64,000 nucleotides of DNA, taken from Takakia lepidozioides (Eukaryota > Plantae > Bryophyta). Each line of letters begins with the position of its first letter. The stretch's first letter is position 1. Made by a program: the position numbers and the translations under genes. Of this stretch, positions 47,390-61,206 are shown piece by piece. The stretch spans positions 57,970,001 to 58,034,000 of the forward strand of contig CM060734.1 in the NCBI GenBank assembly GCA_030704615.1, read 5' to 3'. The notes below the pieces were generated by a model. It was not told the origin of the DNA. It was given only the letters and a program-made list of their open reading frames with translations, and made no database searches.

Positions 47390-48412
47390 TCAGGAACAAA
47401 TTGCTATCTCTTTGATTTCCAAATTTGCTATCTCCTTCACAACCTGGGCCTTATCTTGGTCAAATTGAGTATCCTCTTTCTCTGTCTTGAAATCGCTGAA
47501 GAAACGAAGAAGTTTACTGCGATTGGCCACCAAAATGTTGACTATTTCAGCAGGCTTGTTCACATTGGCCACAAACACCTTGAAAACATGAAAAGCCTCT
47601 ATCTGAATGGCTTTGCTTGGCGCTTTGAGAAGGTTCATTAGGATGCACAAATTCTCCTTGGAGCTAACATAGCGCATCATCACAGTCACGTTCGAGCGAT
47701 CCAACAAGATGTCGCCCAACAACTTCACAGCTTGTCGTCTGGTGATATAATTCGGAGACAGCAACAGCTGGGAATTGTACTGGGTGAAAAACCAGTTGTA
47801 ATTTCTGGTGAGGTAGTCGGCTACAGTTGATTTATGTCTTGTCAAGAGCTCCTTGAAGGTCGCAGCAGCATCAGATGCGACTTCGAAGTTGGGAAGCTCT
47901 ACGTAAGTGAAAAATTTCGGAAAATTCTTTGATTCCAGCACATACCGAGCAATGTTCTGGTGCCGGATACACTCGCGCAGCATGGTGCCGTAGTGCAATG
48001 CCAACTCTGGAGTCTCATATCCAGTAACAAGCAGATCCATCAGGTCTTTGTTCTTGTCAAGGTAGTCGGACGCAATGAGGCGTGAATTCACCTGCTGACG
48101 CTGCAGATTAGCCACCACCTGCGTACTATCCTTGCGTGTCTCCAAATCAAGCTTGGGCAGAAACTGGATAAGCAAGCGCATTGTGTCCTCCTTGAACACC
48201 TCTTGAGTAAGCTGCGCGCACGCCTCTGGCACAGGCTCCGACTCGCTGTTCCCATACAGCACCACCTTCATCTCCCGGATGTTCCTGGCCAGCTCCCCCA
48301 TCTTTTCATCCCTCCTCGAGTCCCGAAGTGCTTGCAGAGACAAGAGCTGATCTCTCGTCACCCGCACCAGCTCAGCTAGGGTGCGCTTCTTCTTCTCAAA
48401 CAAACCCTTCAT
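47390..48412 (-). CDS. MO25: MO25/CAB39-like protein, intronless, 340 aa
   Basis: MKGLFEKK...LYGNSESEP...[15 protein letters not shown]...[19 protein letters not shown]...[19 protein letters not shown]...[15 protein letters not shown]. Confidence 0.95.
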   Translation of the reverse strand: MKGLFEKKKRTLAELVRVTRDQLLSLQALRDSRRDEKMGELARNIREMKVVLYGNSESEPVPEACAQLTQEVFKEDTMRLLIQFLPKLDLETRKDSTQVVANLQRQQVNSRLIASDYLDKNKDLMDLLVTGYETPELALHYGTMLRECIRHQNIARYVLESKNFPKFFTYVELPNFEVASDAAATFKELLTRHKSTVADYLTRNYNWFFTQYNSQLLLSPNYITRRQAVKLLGDILLDRSNVTVMMRYVSSKENLCILMNLLKAPSKAIQIEAFHVFKVFVANVNKPAEIVNILVANRSKLLRFFSDFKTEKEDTQFDQDKAQVVKEIANLEIKEIAICS

Positions 48413-49048
48413 GGCTCCCACCTCTCCCCCCCCCAAAAAAAAACAACAACCCCCAAAAGCCCACCCCTCCAACAACCCACAGCCTCAGATCAATCTCTCC
48501 TTGTTCCTTGCAGGATCACACCGTCTGCTCCCTTCTCCTCAAAACCGACCTCGTCATCCACCCCACCTCCCTCTTCCCCTTCCTCTTTCCACACCGAACA
48601 ACTCGGATTCCTTGCTGCCCTCCTCCCTCCTTGCCGTGCAGCTGAGCACATCAGGCACTTGCTTGCTGAGAATCTCGCAGAGCATGGCCTGCCATGGCAA
48701 GTCTGCAATCAGCAGGCCTGCTCTTCTCTCTCGAGCACAAGACGAGCGCAGCGTGGTGGATGACTACACAGAGCGTCGTACCAGACCAGCTTTTTGACAC
48801 TTGCTTGACACCCTTTTATAGATTACAGATAATCCTGTCCAAATTTCAAAACATTCTGATGTCATTTATTTTATTTTATTTTATTTTGAAAGAAAGGGGA
48901 CAGAAGCCCTTGAACTCATATTAAGTAGAAAACGCGGCTTGGCCGGGATATAAGAGGAAAAAATACCTTCCAATGAGTGCCATAAAGGCTCCTCGGAAGA
49001 CAATGCTTGACTAAGAAGGAGATGAGAAAGTAAAAGGAGCGAAGTTAT

Positions 49049-49160
49049 GGTGTCTCTTTACCACAAGGGCTACTGCCTTCCAGCTGAAAGGTGGACACCT
49101 TCATGACACACCCGACCGTGGTTTGAACCCACAACCATGAACCCACAACCACAACGTGGA
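49049..49160 (-). mobile_element. SINE fragment
   Basis: agctgaaaggtggacaccttcatgacacacc...gtggtttgaacccacaacc matches 7304-7360. Confidence 0.65.
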
Positions 49161-49294
49161 GATGAGAAACTAGCAGCAAGCATATTTTTACAGGAAGGGG
49201 AACAAAGGTCCCTACTCCCTACTCCCTGCCCACTTTTTTCTTTTCTTTTCTCTTTTCTCTTTTTTTGGTGAAAGGGGAGGGAGCCCATTAGAGG

Positions 49295-50060
49295 TTTTTA
49301 TTTTATTTTATTTTTTATTTTATTTTTTTAGAAGAAGAGGGACGGAGACCTCAAAGCCTTTATTGATTATTGTAAGATTATAGTATTTCCAACAATTTGA
49401 TATGAGCATGTAAGGGTTTTAAATTTTTCTGTTCAATATTTTTCTGGATGGAAGGAAATATGGAGGTCCTTGAGGGGGGTAAAGAAGAGGCGGCAATGGC
49501 TCCTCCTTTGTTTTTGTAAACCAAAAGGGACGGACGGAGGCCCTATAAGTGATTATATTGACAGTGTCACGGAAACAATAACCATGAAAGGAGGCCATGA
49601 GGCGAAGTACATCTTTGACAATTGGACGCCATGGGCTCAATTTATTAAAAGAGAATGGGTTCCTGTACAACAGCAAGCAAAGCACCTTGCGAGTCGGCGA
49701 CGGTAGAGGACTGAAGAAGTCAGAAAGTTAGGAGGTCTATGAAGACCTTCAATGACTACTTCAAAGAAAACCTGAACTTTGAAAGGGACTTGTAAAGCAA
49801 CTACAGGATAGAATCTTTAGTCGAGTGAGATTCATCGGTCACTTTTGCATCCATTGTTTTTGGTACAACCAAGGAGGTGTTACTTTGGGAAGGCACAATA
49901 AGATCAAATTGGTTTTGGCACTTACGCGCGTGCAAAGAGGAGCCAATAAACACCCACTCCATTCTTACCATGAGGCATACCAAAGAACCCATATGCTAAT
50001 GCACACCACAAGGCCACAACCTTGATCTGCTAGACTTTTTCTGACCAACAACTTTTTTTT
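49295..50060 (-). mobile_element. Possible L1-type LINE 3' remnant
   Basis: T-rich tract at 49295-49330 (poly-A on the minus strand) next to a degenerate minus frame with a Trp-rich IWVLWYASW segment. Confidence 0.35.
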
Positions 50061-50472
50061 AACCCCTAAAGTCCTACAGCTTTTATCCACCCTTGATTGC
50101 AAAATCTGCACCCGTGGCCACCTTTTTATTCTTTACTAAGACTATGCTAACACAACTTGACCGTTCAGACACTCACTGTTCGTAACTATACCGCCTACCT
50201 CTCCCTATAATTTCATGATTTTTTTTCAATATGTAGAGCAGTTTCATTCGGGCCCTATTCATTCTAGAGTGGTCCAGGAATTACTGTGGCCCAGGAATTA
50301 GAGTGGGGGGCATATGTAGTAAGACCACGTGTATTAAGGAATGAGATCTGGGGGTCCAAAAAAAGAAGGGAGGAACGCGCGAGATGTATTAAATTGACCA
50401 AATTTAGATAGGGAGTCTTGTAGGGCTGACATGTGTCCAGTGCCTTCTAGAATGGTCCCACCGCAGAGGGTA

Positions 50473-51064
50473 GTGTCAAGAGCATCATCATTGATATCAA
50501 CAATTCCAAGTATAGAGTTTGTGTCTTACATTCAATCAAAATAACTCAAGAAAAGTGTCCATGATGAAGTGTAGAAAAACAATAAATTCCGCCATGAAAA
50601 ACATAAAAAAACATTTCATCTTCTGCGGCACATATTTTTTAAAATAATTTTAACACATGGGAGCAACAGCTCATAAATCAGGCCCCTTAATTATAGTGAG
50701 AGGAGAAAATAACCTCTTTCAAGGGAACCTCGCAGTCAAGGCTTGCTAATGGGACACTGCCCAGAACATACCATGCCCAATAATGTAGCAGGATTTGACC
50801 CCAGAATGTCAGTGCACTATCCAAGTGAGCTACTGACTGGTGGGGGACAATATGTTCTTGGAAATCACACACAACATAACTGGGTGTTTTGGCATTTCTA
50901 TTTTTTTAATTTTTTTTATAAGCAACAGGGACAGAGGCCCTGAATGTCTTTGGCATATTTAAGTCATCTCTCTGTTGTTCGTTGGTAATGCTAGTGCTAC
51001 AAATGTGAAGATGAGGAGCAAAGAGATCAAAGAAAATATACCATCAATGAAAGTTCAAACTATA
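50473..51064. repeat. ~600-bp direct duplication, copy 1 (copy 2 at 61207-61817)
   Basis: Colinear match gtgtcaagagcatcatca...caattccaagtatagagtttgtgtcttacattcaatc...gaggagcaaagagat...caaactat with indels. Confidence 0.9.
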
Positions 51065-51071
51065 TTACAAT

Positions 51072-51358
51072 CAGTGTTTTTCTTTCTGGCAAAAAATCGC
51101 CAGATTTCGACCTGGAAACTCGGTCAGCTATTTGTACTAAGGAATTATGGGGGTAAAATCCGAGATTTTCGCCAAAAAGCACCAGGAGATAAATTTCAGG
51201 AGCCTAATCTTGCCGACGGAGACCAATGAAAACGTGACACCTGGAATATAGCGACTTTTCTAACTTTGTCACCTCGATATTCTCGCCACATAGGCACTAG
51301 GTGGAATTCACAGGTGGCCCCGCCAACGATTTAGCAAATATGAAAAAAAAAAACACTG
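51072..51358. mobile_element. hAT-type MITE
   Basis: Termini CAGTGTTTTT...AAAAACACTG with 8-bp TSD ATTACAAT (51064-51071 and 51359-51366). Confidence 0.85.
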
Positions 51359-53372
51359 ATTACAATATCATAATTTTTAAATTCGTTTTTAATTTCTATA
51401 TACATTTTGGAATATTTGGAGTGAGGCCGTGGAATGTATTTGAAGAATTTTTTCCTTGCCTTGTAATGATCCAGTAGCTTTTAATAGAAAAAATATTTTT
51501 TCTTAAAGAAAAGATTTTTTTTTGATAAGTGAGTAGACCATGATATATACTCTGTTAGATCATATAGAGCATGAGAAATAATTTGATGCCATTTATCCAC
51601 ATGAGTATTTTAATTGGGGTCAATGGGATAGTCAACCAATTTGGGGCCTACTACAATTTTTTGTTTGTGTTTTTTGAAGTAAAGGCAGAGCCTTTCTTCA
51701 AACATTATAAGAGGTGATGGTTTCTTGAACAAATTGGTGCTGTTGAGGACTTGCTCCATCTGCAAATGGGTTAATCATTTGCATTGAACTAGACATTAGT
51801 ATCAAATCTCGTGTACCTATTTATTCCCTCGGATTAGTTCGTTGCTGCAAAATTGTAGTATCCAACAGGAATAAGTGGAGGAATAAATAGGTTGATGTTG
51901 GATTTAACTTACCATATTGAGACATGAATCGGAAGCAACATTGAGCTATGAAAGAGGTGGAGGTGGGCAGTTGTCTTGTTGGTGTGTGTTGCTTTGGTAG
52001 CCAAATTTGTTGAGGACAGTGGAAATCCAGAATAATTGGGTTTTTCACACAGAAATTCAACTCCGATAAACGCTTAGGCAGATCTTCCACCATCCCAAGA
52101 TCTTGTAACATCATATCCAATCTCGTCTTCCACAAAGTTGTCATGTCCGTTGTAGGTGTGGCTAAAAGTATGCGCACTTGCTCTGCAACGTCTTCTTGCC
52201 GCCTACTCTTTTTGCTGGCAATTGCCATTGAAAAAATGTGAGCATGGTGATTCCTTGCGCTTTGGTTTTTTAATGTAGTGAGAAAGGAGGTCATCTGGGA
52301 ACAAGACAACTCCTTGGCTCTTGCCATATCCTCCTGCAAGACATAATCAGTGCTGAACAAATCCCTTAAGTAACCATCTTCTGGACACTTAAACTTGAAG
52401 AGGCCTCAAGTAGTTTCATGATGGAGCTTACTGGGAGGTATTGATCTTGATCTAAGCCTTGGATCTTCTGAACCCCTTGAACCATCCTGGAAATTGCATA
52501 CGGTTGAAATCTTGAAAATATCTTGATCGTCGAACTCTTTTAGCAATGATTTTATTTTATTTTATTGCGGATCAAAATTACTGATATCCATTCTGGTATT
52601 TGCAGCATTCAGGCGATGATCGGGGCGATAGGTCGATGTATACGTGCTCGGCATGAAGAATGTGTCGCTCACACTGGTATCACCGTGATACCTTTCAATA
52701 TTTTCACGGATCCTAGATACCTAAAAGTGAAAGTTGCTGCCGATGAGACAGTGAGGATCTCATATTTGAATGGACTTGGAAAAACAGTGTCGAAGAGTGA
52801 TATTTTCAGCAACTCGGAAAAGGTCGCTATGCTTAACCTTGTTGAGTGCCAAATTACAACGTTTCATGGCTGCAACATGAGATTTGCATAATTCTGCACG
52901 AGAAACTTTTTCGTGAGAGGTGGTACGGAACTACAAGCACTAACTGATCTGGATTTTGTGCTTCATAAAGACTGCTTCATAAAGACTCCAGTGGAGAGTA
53001 TCTTATGTAAGTGTATTGACTCAACTTCGTTGTTCAAAACAATGAATGAAAAATCAAATCCAAATCAAATCAAACTCTCATAATCCATAATACAGTTACA
53101 ACTTCAACAGTCTACCTACTTGAATTTTTTTTCATTTTAACAAACGCAGACTGAAAAAACAAAATAAAATCATAAAGAAGAGTCAACAGAGTACAAACAA
53201 ATGTACATGTACATTTATAAGCATATATACAATGAAATAGTCTTTGAAACAACAGTGTTGTATTTAAACTGGTACGTGTACTCTCCTTCGTTCGTACACT
53301 CTCCGTGAACGACACGGCACGGCAGAACAGCAAAATCTAAACCTTCAAATTCCTTGTAGATACGGAACCAAC

Positions 53373-53764
53373 TTTCGGACCTAAAACTCCTGAGTAAATC
53401 AAGCTTAAAATGAAGTCGTTCAGATCCTTGAACTAAGCATAGCGAGGAGTTGGAGGTTCACTAGTATGGTAAATCATGTGCCAATATTTTCGTCGACAGG
53501 TAAACCATCTCCATCGATCTCCATCGACCTCAACAGGTACACTGCAATACTGTAATCTTCCCACATAATTCAAAGTTTAACGATTGGGAAGATAGCAATA
53601 TCTGCAGTGAACCTGTTGAGGTCGATGGTTTACCTGTTGACGAAAATGCCCATTGGCACACGACTTACTATACTAGTGAACCTCCAGTTCCTCGCTATGC
53701 ACAGTTCAAAGATCTGAACGACTTTATTTTAAGCTTGATTTACTCGTGAGTTTTAGGTCCGAAA
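53373..53764. repeat. Long inverted repeat / foldback element (~165-175-bp arms, ~55-bp loop)
   Basis: tttcggacctaaaactc...caacaggtacactgca pairs with tgcagtgaacctgttg...gagttttaggtccgaaa. Confidence 0.9.
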
Positions 53765-54239
53765 ACCACTGCACCATCTAGATCCACATTCAAATAGCCA
53801 CCCATGATTAATCTTCAGTCTTCGTGCATGGTCCCTGCAAGATATGGTCCTTCATGTACATTTCCTAGCCTGATGGTGTATTAGCCAAAGATCCAACCTA
53901 GTGATACGACAAACAATTTAGAAGCTTCACCTGCGACACCAAAGAATCAAATTGGTGCGTTGACCTGAAGTTATGGCCTTGGCACCGTGGCGGTGGGGAC
54001 CTGCATGCAATACTGCATGCCCTGGTATATGTGAATACTCCAGTACCTCCTGCAGTCATGGTTACATGTGTCAAGAAGTGCAGCGAAAGGATGAATGGCA
54101 AGGAAATGTATTTGAACACAAACACCTTCTGTGTATGATGCCTGTAGCACCAATACTCTGTGAGCTCACCATATCTGTTGAAGTCAAAACAACAGTTGCT
54201 CTCTCCTATGGCTGGCACTAAAGTGAAGTAATATTTTAC

Positions 54240-55300
54240 AGAGAGCCACCCATTTTCTCATAGGTCTCCAAAGCCTCCATCCCGCACCCATGCTGCGCAT
54301 ATCCTGCAATCATTGTGTTCCATGACACCACGTTTCATTTGGCTATATGGTTGAACGTTCTCTTTCATCCCCAATGCTCCCACGTTTGGCATACACGAAC
54401 ATCAGAGCAGTGTTCAGAACAAAATCTGGTACAATTCCAGCTTTAATGACGTCACCACAGACCTCTTTGCCATCTTCAAGGTTCCCACATTTGGCATACA
54501 TGTTCACCAGGGCAGTGTTCAGAATGACATCTGGTACAATTCCGACCTCTTTGCCCTTTTCCGGGGCTGCCAGGCTCACACACGCAAATGAACATGACCT
54601 GGTTGGGCTTCATCCCTTCCCGCATCATTTGCTCATAGGTCTCCAAAGTCTCCATGCTGGGCATATCCTGTGATCATCAGATCCCATAACACCAGATTTT
54701 GTTCAGCCATGTGGTCGAACACTCCCTTAGCATCCACGAAGCTCACATATTTGGCATACACGTTCATCAGAGGAGTGTTCGAGGTGCATCTGGTACTCCA
54801 GGTGCATTTGCAATGTATGTGCGAGCCTGGCAGCCCTGGCGAAAGTCAAAGAGGTCCATAGAGACCTTGTCACCGTGATGGGGTTGAGCTTCACCCCTTC
54901 CCCACTGATGTCTCCCCAAAGCATTCCTACCACACCCAAGGTTGGTAAGTCCTGCCATCATAATATTCCACGTGATCAAACCTCATTGAGGCATTCTGTT
55001 GAACATTTGGTGAGCATCCACTATGCTCCCACACTTAACATAAAAGTCGACAAGGGAGTTGTGTAGCGAAACATTCGGCTTGAATCCAGTTTGACAATGT
55101 GAGCATGCACCTGCTTTCCAGCTTCCAGGTATTTCATATTGATGCACTTACGCAAGAGACAGACATAAGTATCGGAATCTACTGAAATGCTCCCTGGTTC
55201 TAAGTCTGTAGAGCCTCTTGCGGTCGCCCTGCCTCACATAGCATTCTCACATACCCAGAAGTGTCAGAAGAGGCATTGTGGACTCCCTCTCTTAAGCATC
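54240..55300 (-). pseudogene. PLS-class pentatricopeptide repeat (PPR) pseudogene
   Basis: [48 protein letters not shown], with many stops and frameshifts. Confidence 0.85.
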
Positions 55301-56579
55301 TTGGGAAGCTGTGGTCATGGTTGAGGCGCCTGATTTTATCGACTGTGCCGCTGCTGCTTCCAGTTGGCCAACAACTCAAGCAGATTTCTCGTAGCTTTCT
55401 ATCCACAGGGAATCATAAGTAATTATGGGCTTGAAATCTGGCACTCTTGGATGAATCTGGACCCACACCCTATCCCTGCTCCTTCAGCTATCCCTGCCTG
55501 TGCACAAATCCTATATAGATCCTCGCCTTGCTGCTAGCAGCTGACAATGCAGCCTAGATTTGTTCTAGCAAACACTCCAACCCTACTTTATCACACACTA
55601 GCTCCTATGCTGAATTGCTCCCAAGACTTACAAAATTATGTTGGGGAGAGAGAGGATGACAATTTCCAACAGAGCTTCATCTTGTTGTCTGCTTCTCTCT
55701 GTAATCTAAAAAGGAATTTAACTTTTTGCCTCGATTGTCCCACCATTGACTGGGGTCGGAATAATATTCATTCCAATGCTTCTCCTTGTCCTTGTTATGT
55801 GTTTTTGGATACTTTCCTGTTGCCACATTGGCAGTAACATGTCAAAATCACTCCAAACCACCATAGATCCCATCCAACAAGCTACCTTGCAGAATTCAAC
55901 ATGAAAAATTAGGGAGGACTCTGATAAGAGGGCAAAACAGGCTGAAATGTGTGGAAGAAGAAGGTGCCCTCACCACATTGTCCTTCACCTTGTGTCATGA
56001 AAGAATCTACCTTTCCTCTCATCCATGGAGGATTCATCCAACCATCAACCTAAAAGACGCTATTTATGTCTGCAGTCAGGTGATCTTGGATTGGTCCGTC
56101 AGAACCACCGCGGTGCAGCTGAGCAGCCATAGATTTAGACAGGGCCTCCTAAGACCAAGCTGACCCTCCCAAGTACCTTGTAAACACCAGGAAAAATACC
56201 AAATCAGGATACTAACAGGAAGTGCCCACGTTTGCAGGAGGACAAACTTCTTCACATTGTACATTAAGAAAGCCGCACCTTGCATAAATGTTGTCCCACC
56301 AGTGTGAAGGATCTCTGAAAAATCATGCCAGCTGCTCCACGCTCCACAGTAGACCCTTGTGCCCAAAAATCCGACAGCATGAATGTTTTGACAAGTTCCA
56401 TCTGGAGGAGTGCTAGTGGGCTTTCAACAACATTCACGCAAGTCACTTTGGGCTCCATTGGACTCTACATGTCAAAACTTACACAGACGATAAACCAGCT
56501 TTGGTCTGTGAAAACAGCCCTACCGAAAATTTTGAGTCTATGCACTGCTGACTCCTCGTGAACTGACCGATCGCCCTCA

Positions 56580-56666
56580 AGATGGGCTCTGATCTTACAG
56601 GGATATGATTTCAAAATCCCCTACAAGTGAGGCAAAGACGACGTGAACGCGGATGCCTTAACAAGA
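56580..56666 (+). mobile_element. Ty3/gypsy RNase H end fragment
   Basis: RWALILQGYDFKIPYK*GKDDVNADALTR. Confidence 0.7.
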
Positions 56667-59600
56667 GGGGAAACCAAGCCTACAGATCCGTACACCACAC
56701 TGGATGATCTCATGCTTACTCCTGCGACTCATAAACTGGCTGCTGCTCCTTGTTGACCTTGTTGAGGCCCATTGTTTCATCTCCTTGATGGTCCTCGGGT
56801 GCCTGAAGACCTTCTTAGCTGCTGGGACCTGCTGCAGTTTGATGCTGGCTGAACACTTCATTGGTTTTTGTAAGCAATGAGGGGTGGTAATCAGTGAATT
56901 ATACAAGTCTGTCTCTGCAGTCTGTCCATTGTGATCTTCTCTAGTCTGAATATAGTCTTGTAATTAATCTCTGACCAGGAACCAAGCCATGCTTTTAAGG
57001 CCTGCTTGCCAACTCATAGGCTGCCACTGAAACATGGTCAGGTTACTATAAGGGAAGACACCGGAGGCGGACACTTTCCTTACAACTGCACTAAATATCT
57101 CAAAGATCAGATTTGGACCATCTATACGTCGTTTAGCTTTAGAAACCTGTTTGCCTGGTTGCAAGTGCACACACACGGACTGACCTACTTTGAAAGCATC
57201 AGAATAGACTACCCTTCTGTTGTAGTGTCAAGGTCTTTTCCCTGGAGTTTGCAAGCTACTTCAGACATCTCAGGAGGATGGAGGAGTGGAAGTCCATGTC
57301 CACCTACAACCCCGAAACCCCAAACCCTAAACCAGTAGCTTTCTGTTGCAAGCCTCTTCAAGTGTGTATCCCATTGCAAAACCAATGCGTGATGCTTGAA
57401 GCAGGATGATCCTCCCCCATGTGCAGAGGAGCCTGCTGCTGCAACCGGTGCATGCATCGTAGTTACAAGGAGACGGACCAAAAAACATATCTTTCTGCCT
57501 CTTTCTCACTCACCGACGGGATGGCAGCATCTTCCCGCGTTCCTTCAGGGATGCCAATCAAATTAGGTGATAATAACACGAAACACTTCGCGGTTTCCAT
57601 TTTCCGGGGTCGCTGTGTTGTATGTATGCGCCGTCGGATCCAGGCTCGGAATCGTCTTTCGCGCAATTTAGCACAAAGGAATGTACTCTGGGCAAAGAAG
57701 CAAGAAAGCGGACGGGATCGTTAGACAAGGCCGATAACTGGTACTCTGGCGCGTAGGTGAACGATGGAGCATGGAACAGCGCTGGCAGGAGTTCTTCAAA
57801 CATCTTTCACAATGTCGGGACAGTAGCCTTGACACGGTGAGCATTCTTCATGTTGGATGAGGGAGTGTGACTGAACTCTGGTATGATCGCATTTCACCAT
57901 CACAGCCCTGTACACACACAATCTTTCACCTATCTGCAGCATTGCAGCAAACCGTAATTGTAACTAAACACGAGTCACTGTGACGACGATGCATGCAAGT
58001 GTAGTATCACTGTACAACCAAGATTTCTCGAGTCAGACGTGATACATATGCACAAGCGATCGAGGAAAGTAGTTGACATACTTAACACAAATTTGGTGCG
58101 AATGAGCAATGCAGTACGTCCTTGTGATGCACATCTGATCACTCATCTGATCGATGAATTCTACCTATTTGTAGTAAGCAATTTCATAGTTATGGGAGGT
58201 GTCTGGATCCATATGTGCGTACAATAAATGGTTTCAACCACATTAGGATTATCTTTGACCTACTGTCAATTCAATCATGGATTCTGTCAGTTTTTCTTGC
58301 CATTGTAGATGGTGGCTGAAGTACTATCACTTGCAAGTGTAATTGTTGGTGCATTTTATTGGCTCCTCTCTCAAGAGGAGACCACGCATCGGTGCCAAAA
58401 TGGAAGAAGATCCTGATATACCTTCCCCGTCCTCCTGATATTAATGAGCATCAAATATTAATTTAAATTTAAATTTAAATTTTTGTGAAATATGTTTTTA
58501 ACCATAACAGCCACCGGTAAATGGCTGGAGACCGGTGAAAGCCGGTCGCTATTTCTTCTCTTCTTCCCTGCTCTCTTGTTAAGGGGGCTTGGAGGCTCAT
58601 TCATCGTAATGAGCAAATGAGCGCCTGAAAGTTATGAGGGGTACAGTAAGGTTTATCTATTATAGTGGGGCGGCAAGAGCTGAGAGTTATGAGGTGTGGA
58701 GTTGAATGATCGAGCATCAGCAACGGTGACGTTTTTTGGGGAAGCAAGTGGATGCAGCGATGGACAGCTCAACAGTGAAGGGGGCATGCAGGTTGAGATA
58801 TCTGCCAAGCAACACATGGTACTTAGGCATTGCAACAAAAGTGATTCTTCTTCTTTTTGCTACACTTAGAACACAATACACGAGTTGGTGGGTGTGGAGG
58901 ATAGCTTGGCAATGGCCATATGGAGAAAAACTTGGGAGTATGGGGGATGTGAATGAAGCTGTGACAGAGCCAATTCTGACCAAATGGTTTTCTATGCTGA
59001 GAGAGTTGGGAGTGCATTCATTGATTGTGTGAAGTAGGATTCGTTTGAGGTAGTTGTTGTACATGTTGCATGACCAACAAATGTCCAATAGAATTGATAC
59101 AAACCCTTGCTGGTCTGATTAGTTTTTGTAAGTGTTGGCTAATTTGCATCAGTCATGACCACCAACAAAGCGACTTTGCTTGATTGATTGCGGGAGCAAA
59201 CTGATGAGTAGTTAGGGTTTCGGAGACAACACATAGTCCAGAGGGTTTACGTGGGAATGTCGAGTCAAAGGAATTCACTGTTTTAGCATGATGAAATATG
59301 GAATGTCGCAAATACTTTAGGGTTTGGCACGGCAAGTCATGTCATTAAGTTCTGGGCTACTGGATTTTCGCTGAATACCAACTTTGGTGGTAGAAGAGAA
59401 GGGTGAAGTACTATTTGCCGCAAAGCCTGTCACACTTCTTGTTGTTAAGAGAGAAGAGAACATGGGTGGGTCGATCGGAGAGAGATAAGAGCTACATCCA
59501 TGTTTTGGGGTAAAGGGTGGCATATTTCAGCAAGCCAGTGGAAATACTAGATGACCTGAGTCATACGCGGCTAAGGAGTGTTGGAAGATTGTGCCAAGGA

Positions 59601-59699
59601 GTCGAGCGAGTATCAGTCCCATGTCCCATGTGTTAATCTTGAGATATATCACGGCCAGTCACTTTTGTTACCATTTCCAACAGTGCCAGTTCTGACATT

Positions 59700-59800
59700 T
59701 GTGGGCTTAGTGAGAGTGCCATGTGAGGCAAGGCAATCCAAAGAGGCTCTAGAGACTGAAAACCAAAGAGGCATTTCAGTTGATTCAGATACCTGCATTT
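59700..59800 (+). pseudogene. Fragment similar to the PPR N-terminus at 55160-55260
   Basis: VRVPCEARQSKEALET..GISVDSDT versus VRMLCEAGRPQEALQT..SISVDSDT. Confidence 0.55.
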
Positions 59801-59824
59801 TTCTCAATATTTTAGTACATTAAA

Positions 59825-60185
59825 ATTTCAGTATTTCAGTATGTCAGCCCAGTTCCTCAACAAGTATTTCAGTATATGAGCCGAGTTCCTCAGCAAGTAT
59901 TTCAGCTATTATTTCAGAATGTTAGCCCAGTTCCTCAGCACGTATTTCAGCTAGTATTTCAGTATATGAGCCGAGTTCCTCAGCAAGTATTTCAGCTAGT
60001 ATTTCAGAATGTTAGCCCAGTTCCTCAGCACATATTTCAGCTAGTATTTCAGTATATCGAGCAAGTATTTCAGTATTTTTCAGCCAAGTTTCAACAAGTA
60101 TTTCAATATTTCAACTTTTTCTTCGACAAGTATTTCAATATCTCAGTCCGCTTCAACAAACATCTCAATATTTCAGTAATTCAGT
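59825..60185. repeat. Minisatellite with ~33-39-bp units and a 78-bp higher-order period
   Basis: Repeats of (gcc)cagttcctcagcaagtatttcagctagtatttcag. Confidence 0.9.
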
Positions 60186-60459
60186 AAATTGAAAGATCAG
60201 TTTATAGTATCATACATTAATATTTAATTTTTACTTTATGGTACATGTGCATTTAAGTCATTGTTGTATTTTGAAAACAAAAAGATCAAAAGTAATTTAT
60301 GGGAGGATTTGATGATTAGTATATTTTCAATTGCCAAAGTTGTCAATAAACTATAATATAATAAGCTGATTGTTATTATATATTTTCTCATAACATATAT
60401 TCTAGACTCTATTATAGGGAATTTGTTTTGTAATTTACTATTTATTTTATCTACAAATA

Positions 60460-60837
60460 TCGTAGTCGGCAGGCTGATTCGGCAGTAAATAATTAGAAAT
60501 GAACATGCCTAATAAATAAGTGAAAATTAAAAAAAAAACTGTCGAAATTTCAGAAATTTCATAAAAAATGCCTAAAATCTCAAACAAGCTACTTGTTTTA
60601 AGGCACAAAATATTTTCCTAGAGCTTGTGGTGCTGTAGCTCTGATAATTGGCTGAACAATCACTGCATTTAATGATTGACCGAGCAAGTTCATGCTAGGA
60701 GTCACCGCCGAATTACTTAAATCTCCTCGTGGCATTGGCGTAAAATCTAGAAATTTCCTTAAGTTATGCCGGAGTGTTTTGTTGTAAAGAAAATAAATTT
60801 TCGGCACTTCACTGCTGGATCAGCCTGCCGACTACGG
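60460..60837. mobile_element. Tc1/mariner-type MITE
   Basis: TIR cgtagtcggcaggctgat..cagt / actg..atcagcctgccgactacg, flanked by TA on both sides. Confidence 0.8.
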
Positions 60838-61206
60838 TAAATCCAGGGACTCTGGTATATATATATATATATATATATATAACATTTTCAATATAACATT
60901 TTAAATGAATATTCTCCTCTCAAGGTGGAGCCATTACGCGACTAGCCGCTTGTTTTTTATTTTTTATTTTTTTATGAAACAGAGAACAGCGCCCTTGGTA
61001 AATTTTATTAAGCTTTATAAACTTTATTTTCCCGTGTAAAGCCACCTTTGAAAGGGGTTTCACCCAAAGATGAAGATGAAGTGAATCTTAATTATGCTGG
61101 CTTTAGCTAGAGGCTTTTCTCTTCTCTCTCATTTGTATTCTTGATTGCACATAAGAAGCTCATGTGAATGAAGAAATGAAAATGAATGCCTAACGCTTGG
61201 AAGTAT

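Noticed and set aside
51821-52980. ORFs 51821-52360 (-) and 52565-52891 (+) as genes
   Set aside because: No ATG-defined structure or recognisable motif; probably decayed TE sequence that I cannot assign.
59876-60187. 103-aa repetitive ORF
   Set aside because: It is a translation of the minisatellite.
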